Below the pieces are notes generated by a model, which saw only the letters and a program-made list of their open reading frames with translations, did no database searches and was not told the DNA's origin. A stretch of DNA of 64,000 bases from the human T2T-CHM13v2.0 reference genome, Homo sapiens: assembly GCF_009914755.1 (NCBI RefSeq), contig NC_060942.1; one strand, given 5' to 3'. Below are positions 44,926-56,936 of the stretch, piece after piece. The translations under genes were made by a program, and so were the position numbers. Numbering within the stretch: the stretch's first letter is position 1; each line of letters starts with the position of its first letter.

Positions 44926-47414
44926 TAATATTGAGATTTCAGGAAAGACACTAAATAATGAATCAGAAAATAAAATGAAGTTGTTGCAAGAAAAATCAAG
45001 AATCTTGGATAGGGTAATGATGAGCTCGAGAATTCACCCCACTAAGAAGAGAGGCATGCTGTGGACATTAGCCCTAGGGATTGTGGAAAACCCACAGAAA
45101 AGCCTAGACAAGAAATTAGAAAAAATTATCCATAGGATTTTTCCACAATACTTTTATAATTGATTTCCTTCACCAATTATTTCTATCAACATGTTGGAGT
45201 TTGCTAAGTGGTTAACATGTGAGGTTTAAAAAAACAATTAACTAAGAAAATGGAATTAATTTGACAAAGTTTTAAGTATTCTATAATGAAGTCTTTTATG
45301 AGAGTATGTGTTTCATGAAAAGAAATAAAAATTTGAAATTAACCATTTCTTCAAAAATCAATGGCAACTCTGAAATTGATTGTTTCTGGTCTTTCTTTGG
45401 TCTTATATATGCTACAGTCTATGGTTGATTAAGCCAAGACCTTGCCTTTTTCACATGTTCTTAAATATTTGTCTACTAGAATATAAAAATGTGATGACAA
45501 ACTGATGTAAATGGAAAGCTTCACCTTGCCAAATGGATTCATTTCATGTAAATTGCTACCCCAGAATTCTTATAACTGGTTATAATTCCCTGAAAAAAAA
45601 AAAAAAACCTGGCTTCATAGTTTAAAAATGATAAGCTCCTAGAAACATTAATTTTAGTTTTTTTCTCAGCTAATTGAGTCAAATGACCCAAGTGTAAAAT
45701 TTGCCAGCAGCATTGGTTTTATTTAATAGAAAAAGCTTTCTTATCTACAGAGAACAGCAAAGAAAGCCTTGGGTGTGCACATTTGTCTATGAAGCAGCAG
45801 TATCTTCACAGGCCTTGGCCTTTGGGGCAAAACAAAACAAAAACAAAAACAAAAAAAACACGCAGAACAAAGAATAGTCATCTTGAATTTTGAGTAGATA
45901 CACATTTAGTTGCACTTGTAGATTACCTACAGGCAATGTGTCTCTAATTCTTTCCCCTTATAAATTTTAATTTGTCCTCCTGGGATTTAAATATAAAAGG
46001 ATTAATGAACATTTTCAGGGAAAAAGACCAGACATACCCACTTAGCATCTTTCTTTGACATCTCACATAACCTCTCAGCATCTTTCTCATATTTCCTGTT
46101 TAATTTAACCTGGTAATTTTTATTAAGGACAAAACCCACTAGAGAAAAATGTAAATAAAAGGTCAGAGCTCTATCTACTTTGTTATAAAGCCATTTTTAT
46201 GATTTATTGTTTTTTTGAGGGCATTCTATTCTCTCGAAATTTAGTGTTTAAGTTTTGTCTGTCTCCAAAGAGGAGTATCTTGCATTCATCTCTACAAATG
46301 TTTATTAAGTGCCTATGTGTACCAGATATGTACAAAATTCTGCAAATATTAAGAAAAATAAGACGTAATTCATTTCTTCAAGAAGTGCTCATCCCAATTG
46401 AGGTGATAGATATATTTACCATTAACAAAATACAGAATAGAAAGAGCTGTGTATGGGGGGTGAAAATTGCTGTGGAATCTCAAAGAAAGAAATACTTTTC
46501 CTTTGCAGTCTTTGTATTGCAGTTCACTACCACTTAACAACAGCAACATGAAATCTCATGAGTAATAAACTTGAATGTAAAAGACAGCTTCAGAGACAGT
46601 GAGCTGACATTTTACAGTTTGCCCTAGGAAGGTACCCTAAGTTTGATTTATCCATATTTTGAAAATACAGCCAGCACAGCCTTGACAGATGCTATAGAGC
46701 AAGTACAGTGGTAATCCAAAGTCAGCCTCAATTCTAGGCTGAAACATTTTTTTTTCTTCACACATCTTTGCACCTACATAACTTGATACAACTTTAGAAA
46801 ATTTATTATCTGGACATTATCAGTTTTGCTCTGAGAAGAAGTTTACTATGAGTTTTTGAGAGAAGGAGATATCGCTATTGATGACAAATGACTAAGAGAA
46901 GATTTTAATCTACTTTATTTGTTTTTTATATATCATTTGGAGATGGTTAGAGAAGTCAAACTGCAGGTGAGCAAACATAATTTTTTGGTGTTCCTTTAGT
47001 TTTATTGATTTTTAAAGAAACAGACAAGAAAGGAAAACATGGCTAGCTAATGAATTCTTTGTTTCTTAGGTATACTTCTATATACTACATTTAACCTATT
47101 TAAATGCATCTAATTTAGATTTAAAATAACAGAGAAATTTCTCCTCTATTTATATGGGATTTATTGATGAGTGGAGTTTTACATAGTTTTGGAAGGCATT
47201 AGAGTAAGGATTCAGGGTATAACGGCTTTTTATAATAACAAATGTTCAATACCTTACAATGATTGATATTTCTGTGGTTGAAACAGCAGTAACAGTGGAA
47301 GATTTTTATAAGAATTCCATTTTAGCTTCATTAGAGATCTCCAAATTATTAGAGAAAAAGTGACAACTGCTTCTGCAATTGTTATAAAACAGATTGTTCT
47401 AGCAGTACTCTTTA

Positions 47415-48790
47415 ACTATTTATTTTAAAAGAATTTCAAATTCACAGAAAATTTGCAATAGAACTAAGAGCCTCTATATACCCTTTGCATAGTTTCCCTA
47501 ATTGTTAACATCTACCAGATTTGCCTTAGTGTTTTCTCTGTATATTGCACTTTTTCTCTACCATGTGAGAGTGAGCTATATGCATGACACACTATTAGCC
47601 CTCAGTGCTTCAATGTATATTTGCAAAAAAGAGAGACATTTTCTTCATGAGAGTACAACCATCAAAATCAAAAAATTATCAAACCCATGTTACCATCTTT
47701 TCAACTGACCCCGTTCAAAGTTTACCACTTCTCCGAATTATATTTACAGTCTACTGAATCATGTGTTGCATTTAGTTGTCATAACCTTTTAATCTCCTTT
47801 AACCTTGAATATTGCCTGCCTTTCCTTGTCTTTCATGACGTTGATGTTTTTAAAGAGTATAGGCCTGTTACTATGTAGAATTTCCTTCAATTCACATTTG
47901 AGTGGGTTTCCTCATAATTTATGCATAACTTATACATAAACAAAAAATTGGGAGAGGCAGCAATTCATTACAAGTGATGCTATGTTTTCTTCATTGCATT
48001 ATATCAGAAAGCACATGATGTCAATTTGTTCCATTACAGGGATATTAACTTTTATTACTTGGTTAACATAGTGTCTGCCTTGTTTCTCCACTGTAAAGTT
48101 AATTAATAATAAGTATAATAAATTCTTAATTAATAAGTGATAAGTATTTTATGAGAAGATACTAGGACTTATGCTGTAAGGTAGACCTGTCCCTTCTCCA
48201 TTTATTCATTTTTATTCAATTATTGATATCAGAATAGAATGATGGGTTCTTATGTGAAACTCATATAATATAATAAAACCTCATACATATGAGTTTCTAG
48301 CAGTACTCATACATATAAGGTTTTTACATATGTATGTACTTGAGGTTTTATTTTGAATGCTCATTTTTGTTTTAGTCAATACAATAAGAGCCCCCTTCAA
48401 GACGGCTCCTTTGTCTTTTAGATATATGCCCATCATTTTCTGAGTACTTTCCTACTATCTGGTACCATTTCTTCTAGGCTAATCTGCTATTTTTTGTGGC
48501 CTCAGTTTTGGAGTCAGCCATATCTCCAAGGACCTTTCTTTTTTTTTTCTTTTATTTTTTAGTAGAGAATAGTGTTTAGAAATCAAACACACACACATAA
48601 ACACATACATATATTTGTTTCTATCTATTTATCTAGTTGTCTGTCTGTCTGCCAAATATAAGTTCACCGCACTCCCCCTAATTTCAACCCAACATCACAG
48701 AGTTTATTCTAGTATTCACCTTTTCATGTTTGTACAGTGAGGAGTCTAGATGAAATAATTATCAAAGTTTGTATATATTTGCTAGTTCTC
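47415..48790 (-). mobile_element. L1MC4/5-like 3'UTR, antisense
   Basis: aatttcaaattcacagaaaatttgcaa...attgttaacat; tgttgcatttagttgtcat; tttctccactgtaaagtta; gagtcagccatatctccaagga. Confidence 0.75.
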
Positions 48791-49019
48791 CCCTGTGTAT
48801 GAACAGTTTAACAGCCACAGAACAAAAAGTTCAGTGCTGGGCAAGCTTCATGACCTGCACTCTGGCACATCTTTCAAAAAACATAACCCAGAAGAGGAGG
48901 AAGGGGAAGAGAAAGGAGGAAAGAAGAAGGAAGTAGGGAAAGGTACCATACTTATTTTTGTACATTAATGTATGGTTTGTATTTATGTTATTTAGGGTGT
49001 GTGTATACACACTAAATAC

Positions 49020-49078
<59 letters not shown>

Positions 49079-49275
49079 TCTCACTTATTCTGCCACCCAG
49101 ACTGAAGTGGAGTGGCATGATCACAGCTCACTGCATCCTTGAACTCCTGACTCCTGGGCTCAAATGATCTTCCCACCTCATCCTCCCAAGTAGCTGGTAC
49201 TACAGGTGTACACCACCACACCCTGCTAGTATTTTTATTTTCATTTTTTGTAGAAATAGGGTATTTATGTTATTG
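49020..49275 (-). mobile_element. Truncated AluJ whose tail position holds a compound (TA)n(GA)n microsatellite (49020-49076)
   Basis: gtctcact...gtggcatgatcacagctcactgca...ctcctgggctcaaatgatcttcccacctc. Confidence 0.85.
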
Positions 49276-49515
49276 AACCTATACTTGTAGTACTTAATGT
49301 CTGTAATAGTATCGAGTATGGATATTTCTTTTAAATTATACTCACTTGACCCACTTTTATAACCAAATATTGTCATCCTTGCAGCTAAAAAGAGGGTATC
49401 CATGTTATGCCATAATTCCATTTGTTTTACCCCAATATTTTATAATTTTTGTGCAAATTATAGCGTATATAAGAGGTAAGAACTACTACAGAGAGAGAAG
49501 TAATAATGTGGTGAT

Positions 49516-49518
<3 letters not shown>

Positions 49519-49546
<28 letters not shown>
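49519..49546. repeat. (TG)n microsatellite
   Basis: Read directly. Confidence 0.95.
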
Positions 49547-49577
49547 CTTGCATGCATGAAAACTTTTTATTTTTCAT

Positions 49578-49875
<298 letters not shown>

Positions 49876-50599
49876 AGACAACATTTTTTATTAATTGTTG
49901 AGGAAGGCTGACTGACCTGGCTAATTGAGTCATGAACAATAGCACAACCTTTCTGGTAAAAATAAATACTTGTAAATAGCTATACATAATCTAATAGCAT
50001 ACGTTTCTTAACCCACAACTATGAGGAAATGCAGCCTCACACGTATAAGCGTTTTATTAGCTCTTATTAGCTCGGAGACACAAAGTAGGCATATAACCTG
50101 TTTGTTAGGCATGATGAAATCTCAGATCTGGTTCTCTGTGAGATCCAATGGCCCTTATTAAGAAAAGTGAACTTAGAGTAAATGTGACAACACATTAGGG
50201 GCAAGTTTCAGCTAACCACAATTGTTACCAACAGCCAGCTACTAAACACAAGATCAATTAGGAATCAAACCTAGGGAGTGGTTGTAAGTCATGAACAACG
50301 AAGAACTCAGTAGATTCTTACACTCTATGCAGGCAACAATACAGACTGTATCAGTGTTTTAGATAGTATGTAACCACCATTAATTTCACCAAGAAACTTA
50401 CTAGTACAAAGATATTTCTAGGATTCATTATTCTAACTAACTTGAGGTACAACAAATATACATTTTAGCTAAAATGCCAAACGACTAAGTGTTAAGATAT
50501 ATTTACCAAAAGCCAAAAGTGAAGTTGTATCATTATCTGTGGTCAAAAATTAAATCAATTGACCACATTGCTATATAAGATCAAAATTGAGCACCAATC

Positions 50600-51550
50600 T
50601 TCCCTTTCCACACACTCACTATTGCCTATGCCAAAATATTTTCAAATAAATTTTAAGCCAATTATAGTCATAATAACAATTCATCCCTAAATATTTCAGG
50701 TTGTTTTTCTAAAAATAAGTCTTTTTACATGGCTAAAATGATAGAATCAACTTAGCAACAATAGCAATAATTCTTCAACAACCTAATAACTAATAAAATG
50801 CCTCCTTCTGTCCAAAGATGTCCTTTGTTGCTCACCTCTCCCAGTCATAATCCAACTCAAACTGTACGTTACATTTTGCTATATACAATAAGATTTTTTT
50901 TCAATCTTCAACAGTCTTTAATGCAATGTCATCCTGCTAATTGACCTGTAAATTGCTCATTTTGGATTTTTGTGATTACTTCCTTGTGGTATCATTTGAT
51001 GTTCTCTTTTTCCTTTTATCTCCTATAAATTGAAAGTGAATTCTAAAGATTCAATTAAATTCAACATTTTTATGTTACATAGAGAGGTAATTTTATATCT
51101 TGCATATTATTTTTCTTGCATTTGAGGATCCTTAGGAACAAATTACCTTTCATTGATTTAATACATTTCAGTCAATATAATCATTCTTATCTTTTTAATG
51201 TTCACATTATCACAACATTATTCTGTGGAACCTCCTTCAAGCTAACACCTTTGTTCTTTTGACATGATCAAACGATGATTGAAAACTTTCCTCTTTTTTT
51301 TTGCACAAGATGTACCATGCACCCCTTCTACTATTCCTGCCTCACACATGGAAATGAGACATTTTTCCCAGGAACCCAGTATTCTTTTAGTTGAAAATTA
51401 TATTAGAAACAAAAGTCTAGATTCTTAGGGTATATATCAGCTTTGGATAAGATAATAGCTCTTTGTCAATTTTATTGGATTAGTAAAGATGTATTTTTTT
51501 TCAAATCATGAGTTCAAATTGCTATTTTTAGGTCAGCTGTAACATCACAG
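50600..51550 (-). mobile_element. Ancient L1M 3'UTR relic
   Basis: ttcatccctaaatatttcag; atttttccccaggaacccagtattcttttagttgaaaa...tattagaaac. Confidence 0.5.
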
Positions 51551-51554
51551 TGTG

Positions 51555-51950
51555 GATATGATTAGGAAGTAGAGTTCCTCAAAAAAATTGAGTTTTCAGG
51601 GAAGTCCTTTTAGAAAAAGTGACATGAAAATTGTGAATACAAGCTAATGTATTCACATTAGCTTCCTGGGAAGGACATTCTAGTTAGATGGAGCAGTACA
51701 TACAAAAGCCCTAGGTAGAAGGTTGCTTAGGGTAAGGAGGAATGAGAGATCCAGTGTGGCTGGAGTAAATCCCAGTGAAAGAAGAGAGAAACAGAAGAGA
51801 CAAAGTCAGCATGGGTGTGGAGAGTGGGGAGATAGAGGACAGATCCTGTACAGTATTGGAAGTATTTGAAGGGATTTACATTTTGTACTAGGTAAGATGG
51901 ATGACAATAACAGGACATTTTGTTTTGTTTTGAGATAACCAAAGATTCAC
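51555..51950 (-). mobile_element. L2 fragment
   Basis: gggaaggacattctag...ccagtgtggctggagt...gatcctgtacag...ggatttacattttg. Confidence 0.55.
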
Positions 51951-52899
51951 TGAACCCTGGAAAATGTGAGAAGAAATAGGAGCTTAAGCACTTCTTTGTA
52001 CATTGGGAAGAGTGTTATTTGCTCTGTATTTCTAGATAAATTTTTGGTAACATGCATTAAAAGCTGAAATGTATATACTCTGATTTTCTAAATCAACTTG
52101 CAAGATTTTTTCTTAATAAAGTAGTAGAACAAGTATTCAGAATAATTTACAATAAGAAAAAATGAGAATCTATTAGAGAAATTATTACAACTATGCTAAA
52201 TTATTTTAATAAAGTATTATACAGCCATTAAAAGGATGACATGAAGCTATATTTTTTTACATGGTGAGTGCTACGTCATGTACACTCAAGGGAAAGAACA
52301 ACAATAAACTAAGAAAGATAGGAAGAAAGTCATAAACTGCTTCTTTGAAAAGATCTCTTAGTTCTTTTAATCTTAAATAGTTAAGTTTTTGACAAGAGAA
52401 ATAATAAAAAAAGATGTAATTAAAACATAATTTTAAAAAACAGGTTAGGTATAATAAAATGTAAAATATAATAAAATATATGACAATGAATTTCCCAGAA
52501 AAAAATAAAAAATAGTTTACAAACTACAAGCAAAAATAACTTATAAAATGACAAATTGGCTAATAACTTTTAGTGATGGTGAAATTTTATATTTAAAAAA
52601 GCTACTTTCCTTCCTTAACCAAATATAAAAATTCTTGGCCTAAATAGTTTTGACATACCTTCTACCAAGCTTTTAAAGAAATAGATATTTTATAACTTAT
52701 ATAATATTTTCCAGAAAAATAGAAAATGAGAAATGATTATTCAGTTGTTTTGAGGTTCGTATAAATTTTATCCTCAATCCATTATACACAGGATGAGAAA
52801 ATTAACTGTAAAAATTCAAAAGACAGTATTATCTAATAAAAACATATTATGATTAAATAGGATTTAGCCAGTTTTCTAGATGGTTAACAATAAATTACC

Positions 52900-53310
52900 A
52901 TACTAACTCTTATCATGGCCTGTAAACCTTGCATAATCTGGCACCTGCCTATGCACTTCAGCTTGATGTGTGTCTTTCTCCATTGTTCCTAGATTCTAAC
53001 CACACAGATTTCTATTTCTTTCTATGGAGCATCAAGCTCTTAGTTGTCTCACAGCCTTTTTGCTTATAATTTCCTTTTCCTGGAATTACTTTTCAAAATC
53101 TTTCCTATTGACTATATTTTCCTTCTCCCATCTCATGTTGAAGACTTGCCCTTCAGAGAGAACTTTCTTGACCACTCTCTCTCAGAGAAGCCCCTCTGTC
53201 TACCTTCCTTTCCAGCAACTATCTGAATATCTTTCATGCTATTCGTTTATTTGGGCATCAATTCCCACTTACTGAAGCACAGGCTGCCTGAAGGCAGAAA
53301 CCTTCTTTGG
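52900..53310 (+). mobile_element. L2 3' fragment
   Basis: catggcctgtaaaccttgcataatctggcacctgcc...cccttcagagagaactttcttgaccac. Confidence 0.6.
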
Positions 53311-56300
53311 AATATAGGGCTGGACCACAGGACTCACTATATATCTTTACATAAACTTCACAAATCATGAAGGGGAGCATGAACAAGTTATTTGGTACCT
53401 CAGTTTCCTCATCTACTACTTGGCCTAATAATCAATGCCCTGCTTACCTCAAGGGATCTTTATAAGAATTCAGTAAGATAGAGAAATATGAAAATTTATT
53501 CTGACATGGGAATAGATATTATTTTTATTACTATTCTTGCTCTATTATCATCTTAGCTGTTATCACCATTTGAAAAATAATCAAAAACTGCACAATAAAT
53601 TTTTCTCCTAGTTCTTGTCAGCATCGTTTATGCGAGGTGGGTCATACGGCAGCTGGGATGTTGTAATCATTTCTAATGTTCTCTCTTCAGGGACATAGAT
53701 ATACCATTCACTACTTGCCTGAAAAGCAAGATTATTACTGTCGTATTTTTCCATCACTGAGCTGTGCCAAGGATGTTTATGTCTGTTTTGTTGCCTTGTA
53801 AACAGATGAACAAGATCCAAAAGGAGAACCATGGTGGCTGTGCTGGGATAAAGGGCTGGCTTGCTTTTTAAAAGCCATCAATAAGAAATATGAGGATGCA
53901 TGAGGACTGGTTGTAAATGGAAGACATCTATCTGAGACAGAAGAATCTGTCCATGAATACAGTGGGCTTTCCCTAAGCCAGCAATAAGAAGAAATGGGTG
54001 TAAGGCACAGGAGACACATCAAAGCATTATTTTTTAAGAAAGTTGAAAAAAATCACATCTTTAAAGAGGATTCCCAAGATAGAATTGTTTTCAAAATTTT
54101 CTGTTTGGTCAATGTTGCATGAATTTCTCATGGATTAATTATTGATTTAACTTGAAATATTAATGAGAGTACTCAGTAGGTACCATGCCTTTTTCTGGAG
54201 GCCAAAGCATAATCAATCATGCTTCAAACTTCAAGTACAGAAAATGGCACAAACCTATTGCATATACCTTTAAGTACTTTGTAGTTTAGCAAGTGGTTTT
54301 GTGTACATTACCTTATTGGACTTCCAGAATAAATTCTGGAGGCATATAAAACAATCAAACCAAAGTTATCTAGGCAAAATGACTTCCTCAAAGTCATTCA
54401 GTTAATAGATTGTGTAGCCTAGATGTAAATCAGGTCATCTGCCTCTTAAATCAGTGCTCTTTTCAATCCATCACACAAGTGCTTGTTATCTCAAAGTGGG
54501 TGGCATTAGTAGCTATAACACAGGCCATGATGTAGTGTTTTCTGTGTGACAGCCACACATCAAGTGCCTGGAGAAATAAGAGGTTACCTGGAGGAATGAA
54601 GTAAGAAATTACCTGGAAGGCATGGCATTTCTACAAAGACCAAATAGATGAAACAGAACTTCTGCCAAGAAGGAGCTCACGACCTTCTTGGTGCTTATGA
54701 TATAGTTGGTATCTGAAATCATTGTAAAGCTGGCAGCATAAACAGCACTAGGACTACAGAGAAAATAAGATGATATCTGAGAAAGTGCCAATGAGAATTA
54801 CAGTTAATAAAGAAAGAAAAATAGGCAAGAGCTATAAACAGGAAACCTTCATGGCACTGTAACTTGGAGAACTGGCCACTTGAATTGGCAGGTTGTCTGT
54901 ATTATAGGATGGGCCACAGCATCACAGGCTGTCAGATCAAAGGTCTTGGGGTTGAGCAGAGACCTCAGTGGAGTAGAAACTGGATTGAGGATTAATAATA
55001 GCTATTTCTTTAATTATCATTTGGTTTCTCCTGAAATAACCACGCTAAAAAGAATTAACCAAATAAACTTTATGATTCTCTAGTATGAGGCTAGGTTTAA
55101 TTACTACATTTTAATGGCTTTTCACATTGTCAGGTACCTCAGGCTGGTTTTAATACCATCAAGTGGGAATTTATAGTGGATAAGGTCTTCGGATATTGTC
55201 AAGTTTTCTCTAAAGATGCTACTATCTAGGTGGCTATGTGAATACAGACTATGGTAGTCAGTATTTAAAATATTATTTTTTTCTTCTAAATACAAAATAA
55301 ATAGATGCCATTATAGAAAATTTAGATAGCAGTGACATTAAAATACTTTTTAATGTTAAATTTTGGATATATAACCCCACTTAAAATTTTAAAGTACTAA
55401 GTTTTAATTTTTTATTATTTGTATATTGTATTTACATACTTATTTGTATTTTTGTGATTATAATTATATATGACATATATATGTCATATATACATATATG
55501 TAATACATATACTATTACATATATATGACATATATAAACATGTAACTCATATGTGAGGCATATGAGACACGTGTATGAAATGATTTTATGTCATATAATT
55601 ATAATCACATGTATAATTTTATGTATAGAAAAATTACCTATTTATATTATATATAGTGTGTGTATGTGTACATGTATACATATAAACAGAGAGACAGCAC
55701 ATTTCACTTACATTGTCATTATACTATGTATACAGTTTTGTGTTCTACTTTTCTCCCCACATAACAATTGTGAAAATTGGAGTGTATTATGTAACCCTAT
55801 ATATTAACCTCATCTCTTTCATCAGTCACCTTCTCATAGGCATTATTGCAAAGGAGGGTTTGCCAGACAACTGTGCCTGAGTCAGTTCACTTTGCAGATG
55901 ATTTTTGCACTGCTTGCCGCCCTCTTGATTCCACTGTTTTCTCTGTGGAGGCTCCATAACTGGGAATCCAGGGAAAATTCTCCTGATCCAATTTAGCCAC
56001 CACTGTGCTGACCTCACCAAAGGTGTCATGCAGAGAAAAGTATACCCATCGATGGCCCTATCTACAAATTATACTAAACACCACACAATGAACTGTGCGT
56101 GCTTGTACAATCCACTTTCCTAAAGGATGGAGAATGATTAGAGGTGATTAAGGCTCAGGGCACAAGAGGTAGAGTGGAAAATAACCTGGATGCTGAATAA
56201 GGCAATTCCTGGAATCTAAGGAAAAGAAAGAAAAATTAAAAGCTTTCTGCATCCGCTATTGCATTGATTTGCTACACTGTCTTAAAAATATACTCTCTGA

Positions 56301-56333
56301 CCCTGCTACTTCCTCAAAAGGGCACAATACCTT

Positions 56334-56936
56334 TGAAGCAGCTACAGTTGTCTGGGTAAATAATCAGGGTTCTTCTGGTGCCAGGAGAGTTTAGGACACG
56401 GACACACACGAGTTTAGGAGCAGGGGTTTAATAGACAAAAGAAAGAGAAAGAAAAACAGCTCTCTCTCTCTAGTGAGAGAGAGGGAACTTGCAAGAGGAA
56501 AAGGCTGGCTGGTGGTGAATGTGCTGGATTTTATGGTCAGGTTTGAGTTGATGGTGTCTGATTTGCATAGGGCTCACCGATTGGTTTGAGGAAGTGTGAC
56601 GCTTGCATAGGGCAGGGAAGGCTGGTCACCCTACCCTGATCTTATTATGCAAATGAACTTTCCCAGGCCTGTGCCATCTTGTCTGCTCCTTACTGTACAG
56701 GTGGCTGACAAAGACAAGGGAAGGTGGAGCCGCCGTCTTGAACATGTCTAGTCCTTAGTTCCTGCCGTCATTCACCCGTGCAAGCTCCCAACTTGCTTGT
56801 CTATGTCTGCAGCTCAACTTTACAGGCTACTCTTTGTTAGAAAATGATTTGAGGCTGCTTTTCATTAAAAGGAAAACCTTACGGAGGATTTCCATACCCT
56901 CACTATCTGCCTAAGTAATTCTTAACTCCTGTATCA
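56334..56936 (-). mobile_element. ERV1 solo LTR, MER61-like
   Basis: 603 bp with TG...CA ends and a 4-bp TSD CCTT (56330-56333, 56937-56940). The minus strand begins TGATACAGGAGTTAAGAATTACTTAGGCAGATAGTGAGGG, as recalled for MER61. The LTR call is firm; the subfamily is less so. Confidence 0.85.

Noticed and set aside
53608-53832. 74-aa ORF as a coding exon (also 54609-54791, 5956-6264, 7953-8303, 44888-45163, 46199-46537, 61993-62265)
   Set aside because: No recognisable homology; lengths are in the range expected by chance, and several overlap decayed repeats.
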